From positions 70,373 to 134,372 of the forward strand of contig QKJQ01000023.1 of assembly GCA_003249225.1 (NCBI GenBank): a stretch of 64,000 nt of DNA, read 5' to 3'. Every line of letters starts with the position of its first letter. Position 1 is the stretch's first letter. Position numbers and translations under genes: made by a program. The notes under the pieces were generated by a model, which was given only the letters and a program-made list of their open reading frames with translations, searched no databases and was not told the DNA's origin. This DNA is from Clostridia bacterium (GTDB lineage Bacteria > Bacillota > Clostridia > Lachnospirales > Lachnospiraceae). Positions 56,911 to 64,000 of this stretch are shown here, one piece after another.

Positions 56911-57080
56911 CTGTCATTCCATATCTGTCTTTCCATATCTGTCTTTCCATATCTGTCTTTTCAATACTGCTATTCAAAAGCTGTCATTCCAGATCTGTCT
57001 TTTCAATACTGTTATTCAAAAGCTGTCATTCCAGCTCTGTCTTTTCAATACTGCTATTCAAAACTGTCATTCCATATCTT
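56911..57080. repeat. Nested tandem duplication: 42-bp unit x3 plus an internal 14-bp unit x3
   Basis: The motif ctgtcattcc recurs at 56911, 56981, 57023 and 57064. The 14-mer ccatatctgtcttt occurs three times at 56919-56960. The last partial unit contains the amidase stop codon. Confidence 0.9.
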
Positions 57081-58266
57081 TCATTTCATTTACTATCGAC
57101 TGGTATAAAGCATCTGTAATTTTCTGCTGGGTATTGGGATCTATTATCTTTGCCAGATCCTCTTCGTTTGACAGGTATGCCGCTTCGATAATAAATTCCG
57201 GTATTGATGCGTCTGTCAAAACCGGTTCTTCTTTTTCGTTCACAAAAACACCAATACCAGGTGAATCAATCGCCAAAGAAACCTTGTTCAGCATATTCCA
57301 TGCAAACATCTCAAAATCTTCTTTGGAACTGGCGATTCGAACTCCCTGAATTGCTTTATCATCATCATTACTGCAATGAATGCTAAGGAATATATCTGCT
57401 TGAACTTCATTGATCAGACTTTTTCGCTGTTCATTTGTCAGTCTCTTGTCGGTAGTCCTTGTGCAATAGACAAGATAATGCTCATTCTTTTCCAAAAGTG
57501 CTTTTAATTTATTCACTATACTGAGTGCAATGTCTTTTTCCAGATAGCGATAACCCTCGGAATAGGAACCGGTATCCCAGCCTCCATGTCCTGCATCAAG
57601 CACAATAATCTTCTTCCCGGTCTCCTGAGGAGTCTGTAGATCTATATAGTAATAAACCGAATCTTCATATAACCTGCATTCATAAACAGCATTCAGCGTT
57701 AAATCCAGACGCATCACAGCAGACTCTGCTTCTCCCAGACTCAGAATGGTAACCTCACGCAACGGATCTCCTTCTTCTTCAACCGAAAGAACAGGCACAC
57801 CATCGTAATACGTTCCAAGTGCTATTCTTGCCACATCATTACTCGTTAAAAGTCCACCACTGTACCCGGAAATCGTTACTTGAACCAAACGTTCCATTGG
57901 ATCACTTGTAAGCGAAATGTTCAGGTCATCGCCTTCTGCTTCAGGTTTTTTAATGATAAGACAACGGTTCCCAATCATATCTGAAGCAGAGGATACCTCT
58001 GTCCCTTTTACTTCAGACCATGGATCGCTCCCACTCATATCTTCATTTGATAATGATGCTGTCTCATTATCTGTGTTATTCTGATCTCCGCTTTTGGTCG
58101 GAATCAAAATGGTCGTTGGTGCCTTCGTTGGTTCTATATCCGAAACATCCAATGCATCATTTTTGCTGACCTGCTGTCCGTGGGAAATGTATGACATCCC
58201 GCCAGCGACTAACAATACGACAAGACAATAGAGCAAAGCATATAATAAAGGACTTTTATTTTTCAA
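57067..58266 (-). CDS. N-acetylmuramoyl-L-alanine amidase (Amidase_3 family), membrane anchored
   Basis: VLDAGHGGWDTG, EKD, FLSIHCS, EAAYLSN. The TTG start at 58266 has SD AGGAGGA 8 nt upstream. The ORF-track TTG at 58293 lacks an SD. Confidence 0.85.
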   Translation of the reverse strand: MKNKSPLLYALLYCLVVLLVAGGMSYISHGQQVSKNDALDVSDIEPTKAPTTILIPTKSGDQNNTDNETASLSNEDMSGSDPWSEVKGTEVSSASDMIGNRCLIIKKPEAEGDDLNISLTSDPMERLVQVTISGYSGGLLTSNDVARIALGTYYDGVPVLSVEEEGDPLREVTILSLGEAESAVMRLDLTLNAVYECRLYEDSVYYYIDLQTPQETGKKIIVLDAGHGGWDTGSYSEGYRYLEKDIALSIVNKLKALLEKNEHYLVYCTRTTDKRLTNEQRKSLINEVQADIFLSIHCSNDDDKAIQGVRIASSKEDFEMFAWNMLNKVSLAIDSPGIGVFVNEKEEPVLTDASIPEFIIEAAYLSNEEDLAKIIDPNTQQKITDALYQSIVNEMKDME

Positions 58267-58421
58267 AGGTTGTATTCCTCCTGTTTCAGCCAATCATGCA
58301 AGCACTAGTATACATTGTTTTTTTGCATTCCACAAGCATACACTGAAATAAGAAGAGAATGAATTGCATTTTATTGAAATACTCTATATAATAAAAACAG
58401 AATATATTTGGGGGGACAACT

Positions 58422-59447
58422 ATGCTAATGAATGAAGTACCAATCAAACAAAAGGATGGCTATACCACAATTTTATATCCCTATTATGCAGATACAGCAT
58501 CTGTCAGAGGCAGTATTCTGATTTTGCATGGCATGGCAGAACACCATTCCCGTTATATCCCATTTACAGAGTTTCTTACCAGACGAGGATACGATGTATT
58601 CTTATTTGACCATAGAGGTCACGGAACTGATAAAAAATACGAAGATCTTGGTTTTTTTTCCACACATCAGGGTGCACAGAAAATAGTGCAGGATGTTATT
58701 ACCATTCTTGACTTTGTGAATACAAAACAACGCGGAGAAGAGCTTATATTGTTTGGACACAGCATGGGATCCTTTATTGCTCGTGTCGTTATCCAACAAT
58801 ACAGTGAGATCGATCGTGTTATCCTTAGTGGTACTCCACATCCCTCCTCTCTTGCTTTGCTGGGTGGCCGATTCATTTCCTCTATTATACAGACGGTTAA
58901 GGGTCCAAGGTATCCTTCAAAGTTCCTTAATAATATGATGTTTGGTTCAAAATTATACAAAGCAGTCTGTACCAGAACGGCATACGACTGGCTGACCAGA
59001 AACAATACCATAGTCGGACAATATATAAATGATCCTTTCTGTGGTTTTATCTGTACCTCCAGTATGTACCATGACATGTTTCTTATGCTTACACAGGCGA
59101 CATCGGTCAGCGCTATAAAGAAAACGAGACGGGAACTTCCTATTCTGATCATTAGTGGCGAAGAGGACCCGGTCGGCGGCTGCGGAAAAGATGTATACCG
59201 TTACTTTTCATTGCTTACACGTCTTGGTTTTAAAAATGCAGACTGTATACTCTATGCTGAATGCAGACACGAACTTCTGAATGAAATTAATCGCAAAAAA
59301 ATTATGCAGGATGTCCTTCAATGGATGATAAGCGATAAGATAGACGATGAACCGAACAAGACGGAAGTAACGATTACGACAGAAGAAACAAAAATGAACA
59401 CGGATGCAACAGATACCGGTAGTACTAAAGTTAATGAAACAGAATAA
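58422..59447 (+). CDS. Alpha/beta hydrolase (lysophospholipase / monoglyceride lipase-like)
   Basis: HGMAEHHSRY, nucleophile elbow GHSMGS, late GEEDP and H in ECRHE. The C-terminal tail is T/E-rich. Confidence 0.75.
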   Translation: MLMNEVPIKQKDGYTTILYPYYADTASVRGSILILHGMAEHHSRYIPFTEFLTRRGYDVFLFDHRGHGTDKKYEDLGFFSTHQGAQKIVQDVITILDFVNTKQRGEELILFGHSMGSFIARVVIQQYSEIDRVILSGTPHPSSLALLGGRFISSIIQTVKGPRYPSKFLNNMMFGSKLYKAVCTRTAYDWLTRNNTIVGQYINDPFCGFICTSSMYHDMFLMLTQATSVSAIKKTRRELPILIISGEEDPVGGCGKDVYRYFSLLTRLGFKNADCILYAECRHELLNEINRKKIMQDVLQWMISDKIDDEPNKTEVTITTEETKMNTDATDTGSTKVNETE

Positions 59448-59465
59448 ATACGAAAGAGGAATCTA

Positions 59466-60626
59466 ATGAGTCAATTTGAATTTATAGCACCTTGCCATTT
59501 TGGTCTTGAAAGCGTGCTGAAACAGGAAATACAGGACCTTGGATATGAGATAACGCAGGTCGAGGATGGTAAAGTAACATTTCGAGGAGATGAAACTGCC
59601 ATTTGCCGTGCGAATATCTTTTTACGCACTACAGAACGTATTCTGATAAAAGTTGCACAGTTCAAGGCAACGACTTACGATGAGCTCTTCGAGGCGACCA
59701 AGGCCATTCCCTGGGAAAATTATCTTCCAAAAGATGCTAAGTTCTGGGTTGCAAAAGCGAATTCCATAAAAAGTGCGCTTTTCAGTCCTTCGGACATACA
59801 GTCCATTATGAAAAAAGCTATGGTTGAACGCATGAAACAACATTACCATATGGATTGGTTTGATGAATCCGGCAGTTCATTTCCCCTTCGTGTCAGCCTT
59901 TTGAAAGACATCGTTACGATAGGACTTGATACTTCCGGTGAATCACTGCACCGCCGCGGTTACAGAAAGCTGACAAGCAAAGCACCAATTACAGAAACGC
60001 TGGCCGCCGCATTGATCCTTCTGACACCATGGAAGGCCGACCGGCATCTTGTCGATCCGTTCTGCGGCAGCGGTACCATCCCGATTGAAGCCGCCATGAT
60101 CGGCGCTAACATTGCACCCGGAATGAACCGTTCATTCCAAGCAGAAGACTGGACACATCTGATACCAAAAAAGTCCTGGTATCAGGCCGTCGAAGAAGCG
60201 AATGATCTCATTATCCCGGACTGTAAGCTAAGCATCCAGGGATATGATGCAGATGGTGAAATCATAGCTGCTGCCAGACAAAATGCCAGTCTTGCGGGTG
60301 TTGACACCATGATCCATTTTCAGCAGCGTGAAGTCGCAGCTCTCTCCCACCCGAACAAGTATGGTTTTGTTATTACAAACCCTCCCTACGGTGAACGACT
60401 CGAAGACAAAGAAGCCCTTCCTGCCCTCTACCGCCAGATTGGTGAATCAATGAAGAGGCTTGACACCTGGTCCTACTATCTGATTACTTCGTATGAAGAT
60501 GCTCAGAAGCACATCGGTAAGCAAGCGGCAAAGAACCGAAAGATCTACAACGGAATGATGAAAACTTACTTTTATCAGTTCCCGGGTCCAAGACCGCCAA
60601 AGAGAACTCCTGAACAGCCCAAATAA
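59466..60626 (+). CDS. THUMP-domain class I SAM-dependent RNA methyltransferase (COG0116, YpsC/RlmL-like)
   Basis: N-terminal THUMP-like region, SAM motif I DPFCGSGT, catalytic NPPYGERL. Confidence 0.8.
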   Translation: MSQFEFIAPCHFGLESVLKQEIQDLGYEITQVEDGKVTFRGDETAICRANIFLRTTERILIKVAQFKATTYDELFEATKAIPWENYLPKDAKFWVAKANSIKSALFSPSDIQSIMKKAMVERMKQHYHMDWFDESGSSFPLRVSLLKDIVTIGLDTSGESLHRRGYRKLTSKAPITETLAAALILLTPWKADRHLVDPFCGSGTIPIEAAMIGANIAPGMNRSFQAEDWTHLIPKKSWYQAVEEANDLIIPDCKLSIQGYDADGEIIAAARQNASLAGVDTMIHFQQREVAALSHPNKYGFVITNPPYGERLEDKEALPALYRQIGESMKRLDTWSYYLITSYEDAQKHIGKQAAKNRKIYNGMMKTYFYQFPGPRPPKRTPEQPK

Positions 60627-60846
60627 TATATTTTATGCAGGATTATGGAATATGTCGGTCTCAGCCTACAAATACATGCAATTCCGGACCATAGCTCACA
60701 GAGCGTTACGCAATATGACTGGAACGATTCTGTAATATTAAAGCAGTAAGACATATTAATTCGTTTTCCCATGAAATCAATTCATATTTTTGTTTTTTTG
60801 TCCCTGTTCTTGACAGCCATAACTCTGCAAAAAGTTAGTTTATGTT

Positions 60847-60896
60847 AAAAAACACCTTATAGGAAGTTGTTTTTCTTTCCCATAAGGTGTTTTCTT
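60847..60896. terminator. Bidirectional terminator between convergent genes
   Basis: Arms acaccttatagg / cccataaggtgt (one mismatch), flanked by A6 and T-rich runs. Confidence 0.65.
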
Positions 60897-60945
60897 ATAA
60901 AAATCTAAAAATATTCTTTCTCTTCCTAGCCATCATAAAGCTTTC

Positions 60946-61563
60946 TTACGATTCTTCCCTCTGCTGTTCAAAGTCCTGCAAAAATTGTGTACCGACCCGT
61001 TCTATTTCACCAAAGACCCGCTTAATTCCTTGTTGACTTTTATACCAGTTTTCTTTATTGATCATAACACCATGATCCAGATACGGTACGGGTCGTATGA
61101 GCAGTTCAGCATTCGGGAATGCAAACTGATAATACATAAGACATCTTCTGGCATGAAAATTCTTGCAGCAGATAATTCCTTTTTTTACATCGATCTTATG
61201 CTGGTCCAAAAGTCTTCTGGAAAACACAGCATTTTCTTTTGTAAATGTTGCTTCTGGTTCGCCCAGTACAGCCTCAGGGTCAACTCCGTTACGCACCAAA
61301 ACGTCTGTTAGGAACTCGCACTCTGTATGATACTCTGTATTGTATATTTCTGCTTTTGATTTAACACCAGAAAAAACACCGGTCTTAATGCTTGATTTAC
61401 CAGATGGTACAAGGTACGGTGCCATAGCTTTTTTCCACAACCTGGCTGCTTCCTCCGCCGCATCCGGATGTGAACCACCGGGAATAAAAATCACATCTGC
61501 TTTTTCCATCTCATCTTCAATAAAAATGAAATTCGTTAAATCATCCATGATTCTTTTATTCAT
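60946..61563 (-). CDS. YdcF/DUF218 family protein
   Basis: DVIFIPGGSHPDAAEEAARLWKKAMAPYLVPSG is a typical DUF218 block. 205 aa. Confidence 0.7.
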   Translation of the reverse strand: MNKRIMDDLTNFIFIEDEMEKADVIFIPGGSHPDAAEEAARLWKKAMAPYLVPSGKSSIKTGVFSGVKSKAEIYNTEYHTECEFLTDVLVRNGVDPEAVLGEPEATFTKENAVFSRRLLDQHKIDVKKGIICCKNFHARRCLMYYQFAFPNAELLIRPVPYLDHGVMINKENWYKSQQGIKRVFGEIERVGTQFLQDFEQQREES

Positions 61564-61609
61564 ATTACATCCTCCGGTAGTTTCATGATACAGACCTACT
61601 GTACTCTGT

Positions 61610-62017
61610 TCAGACTGACTTATTATCTATGCGTTCCTTTAAGTTTATGATATTAGCTTCAATTGTATTCATGACTTCTAAGAACTTCTCATCTTCCATT
61701 CCGGATGGATCATCAAGTCCCCAGTCTTCCCGATAACGGCACGGCAAGTAAGGACACTCTACATTACAACCCATGGTAACAACAATGTCGACCGCTGGTA
61801 TATCTTCAAGCAGTTTTGAATGCTGTGTTTCTTCCATATCAATCCCATGAACCTGCTTCATTAAGCGTACAGCATCCTGATTGATCTGAGGTTTTGTTTC
61901 TGTTCCTGCCGAAAAGCTATCAAACACATCCGCTGCCAGCTTTTTACCAAGCGCTTCCGCCATCTGACTTCTGCAGGAATTATGAACACATATAAAAGCA
62001 ACTTTTGGTAATCCCAT
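61610..62017 (-). CDS. arsC: Thioredoxin-coupled arsenate reductase / LMW-PTP family
   Basis: P-loop CVHNSCRSQMAE plus a downstream Cys pair (GCNVEC). 135 aa. Confidence 0.75.
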   Translation of the reverse strand: MGLPKVAFICVHNSCRSQMAEALGKKLAADVFDSFSAGTETKPQINQDAVRLMKQVHGIDMEETQHSKLLEDIPAVDIVVTMGCNVECPYLPCRYREDWGLDDPSGMEDEKFLEVMNTIEANIINLKERIDNKSV

Positions 62018-62494
62018 AATTTTATCTCCATTCTTTTCGATACCTATTCTGGTTCTGAATAGGTTGTGATAGCAAATACACTTTCAATTATTATTCATTT
62101 CCAGTAAGAAGGTATGTTTTCCTTACTTTATACTTTAACTTCTTCAGATTCGCATACTACGTATTGTTCTGCGTACATAGTTTACATAAGTATAGCAGAT
62201 TAAACTTACTTTATGCAATCAACATCGTAAATCTTATACATACCTAACGCATTCATTAAGAAACCCTGTTTTCGTATTATTTTCGTAAAAATCAATCCCG
62301 GTGGATGTTTACTTGCTCACTGTACCTTTTTTTACTTCACAGCGTTTTTATGCGATGCGATGACGAAATATGTTGCATTACAGTTTTTTCTATACATTGT
62401 TAACAAATTATGGTTCACTTTCTCTCCGCCTATTTCGAAATTCTTTGTGCATATTATCTATATAACCCCCATGTAAACGATGTATTTCCTTGAC

Positions 62495-62522
62495 TTGACG
62501 GATGAAATCTAAGTGCTATACT
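62495..62522 (+). promoter_or_regulatory. Candidate promoter upstream of the ClC gene
   Basis: TTGACG (62495-62500), 16 nt, TATACT (62517-62522) with a TGc extended -10. This predicts a leader of about 185 nt. Confidence 0.4.
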
Positions 62523-62714
62523 AAAAATGTCGCGTTTAGGACACAGCTTAATTTGCTCAGTATATTAATTCTTATTTATTAATCTGTATAACAGACATAC
62601 AGGTTTATTGTTTTTTTTAAAAGTAATATGAACGCATAAAAGGGTTTTGTCCTTTTAGCATAAATACTGCAAGGTAATAAAGCAAGCGCAGAAATGCGCA
62701 GGAATGAGGGGAAA

Positions 62715-64000
62715 ATGAATCGTTCAAAAATTTATTCCATCTTATCTGGAATGAATCAATTAAAATGGACCATTGCCATAAAGGGAATTTTTGCTGGACT
62801 GCTTGTTGGCGTTCTTGCTGTTTTTTATCGAATGTTAATTGACTTTGGCTTGGAGACCGCGGTCAAGATTTATGATTATCTTCGCAGCAATCCGATCATG
62901 ATACTACCTTGGTTATTGATTATTGTAGCTGTCGGACTTCTCTTCATGTTGTTTGTTAAAATTGAACCTATGGCTAGCGGGAGTGGTATTCCACAGGTAG
63001 AAGGTCTTCTGCTATACGGCATGAAGATGAAATGGTATCTGATTCTTCCCATACGTTTTGTTGCAGGTTTTATTTCCTCTCTGTTCGGTGTCTCACTTGG
63101 TCGTGAAGGTCCTTCCATTCAGATTGGTGCTTCCATCAGTCAGCCCCTTTCAAAAAAATGCTGTAAGAATAAGCTGGAAGAGAACTATATTATTACCGGA
63201 GGGGCTGCAGCTGGTCTTTCTGCAGCATTCAGTGCACCTTTATCCGGAATAATGTTCGCGCTGGAAGAAGTACACCGCAGCTTCTCACCTATGATTCTGA
63301 TTGCTGCTACTACTGCTTCATTAACGGCTAACGTTATATCAAATTTCGTATTTGGCTTAAAACCAGAATTAAGTTTTATAGAAATTCCTTTGCTTCCGGT
63401 TCAATACTATGGATGGTTGATTCCAATCGGCATTTGCACCGGTATACTTGGTACATTGATTAACAAATCACTTTTATCTTTTCAGACATTATATAAAAAG
63501 ATACCAGTTTGGTCCCGTGCAATGATTGCATTGCTTGTTGCTTTGCTTTTCGGTTTATTTCTTCCTGATTTGCTGGGAGGCGGACTTAATCTCGTAGAAA
63601 TGACAGAAAAGTCCCAAATTGCATTTTCTCTCTTAATTTTATATTTAGTTGCCAAAGTATTTTTCACAAGCATTAGCTTTGGAAGTGGCATTCCTGGTGG
63701 TATCTTTATGCCAATTCTCTCAACTGGTGCAATGACCGGTGCAATTATTGGAACACTCGGAACACATCTTGGTCTTCCTTCAGAATATGTTCCTTACTTT
63801 TGTATCTGTGCTATGGCAGGTGCATTATCCGGGTCAGTAAAAGCTCCCGTAACAAGTATCCTTCTGATTGCGGAAATGTCCGGTACTCTGGTTCATACTC
63901 TTCCAGTAGCCGTCTGTGCCTTCAGTTCACTGCTTGTATCAGATCTCCTAAAAACAGCACCGATCTACGAATCCTTACTAGAGAGAATTGTTGGTGAAAC
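62715..64000 (+). CDS. ClC family chloride channel / H+-Cl- antiporter (3' end outside the window)
   Basis: Not in the ORF track because it runs off the window. My hand translation is open from the ATG at 62715 to the end. Motifs GSGIPQ, GREGP, GIMFALEE, GIPGGIFMP, APVTSILLIAEMSG. Confidence 0.85.
   Translation, partial: MNRSKIYSILSGMNQLKWTIAIKGIFAGLLVGVLAVFYRMLIDFGLETAVKIYDYLRSNPIMILPWLLIIVAVGLLFMLFVKIEPMASGSGIPQVEGLLLYGMKMKWYLILPIRFVAGFISSLFGVSLGREGPSIQIGASISQPLSKKCCKNKLEENYIITGGAAAGLSAAFSAPLSGIMFALEEVHRSFSPMILIAATTASLTANVISNFVFGLKPELSFIEIPLLPVQYYGWLIPIGICTGILGTLINKSLLSFQTLYKKIPVWSRAMIALLVALLFGLFLPDLLGGGLNLVEMTEKSQIAFSLLILYLVAKVFFTSISFGSGIPGGIFMPILSTGAMTGAIIGTLGTHLGLPSEYVPYFCICAMAGALSGSVKAPVTSILLIAEMSGTLVHTLPVAVCAFSSLLVSDLLKTAPIYESLLERIVGE

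Noticed and set aside
62471-62484. cre (CcpA) site TGTAAACGATGTAT
   Set aside because: Only about 12 of 14 positions match the degenerate consensus, and the two 3' invariant positions (CA) are wrong. A single weak hit in AT-rich DNA is expected by chance.
62523-62714. Fluoride (crcB-motif) riboswitch in front of the ClC gene
   Set aside because: The conserved crcB core is not visible. The channel has the canonical chloride-type GSGIPQ / GREGP / gating-Glu motifs rather than the ClC-F type.

Overview
This 64-kb chromosomal segment looks like a low-GC Gram-positive anaerobe. I infer Clostridia, probably Lachnospiraceae-like, from gene families only: SpoIID/LytB, a FeoB-associated Cys-rich peptide, a DUF6142-like protein, and an SH3b/PT-linker autolysin. 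I annotate 48 protein genes, 42 of them on the minus strand, plus 8 tRNAs: a solo tRNA-Trp and a 7-tRNA operon (Pro-Gly-Arg-His-Gln-Lys-Leu). Content is largely core housekeeping: udp, radA, clpC, glyA, purE-purM-purN-purD, a Sir2 deacylase, a Fur-box-controlled feoA-feoA-feoB operon, rdgB, an ABC-2/GldG/DUF4340 module, cell-wall hydrolases and a ClC channel. I see no CRISPR array, cas genes, integrase, transposase, prophage or recognisable defence genes, so I cannot honestly name a clear-cut new system. The most unusual signals are listed here. (1) Three unrelated tandem-repeat arrays sit inside operon-internal gene junctions, and each carries GGA motifs in the mRNA sense. (2) An orphan protein has two FliM/FliY-type LSQxEIDxLL peptides. 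(3) An SH3b lipoprotein has an M14 carboxypeptidase domain in which, by eye, all catalytic residues are replaced. (4) A family-3 solute-binding protein is circularly permuted, and its ABC module has no ATPase gene. (5) clpC sits behind a mini-GntR regulator rather than ctsR-mcsAB. (6) A DUF362 / GH140-like / SulP / DUF4234 operon. (7) A 0.7-kb ORF-free AT-rich region lies upstream of the ClC gene. All family assignments come from motif recognition by eye; no searches were run.
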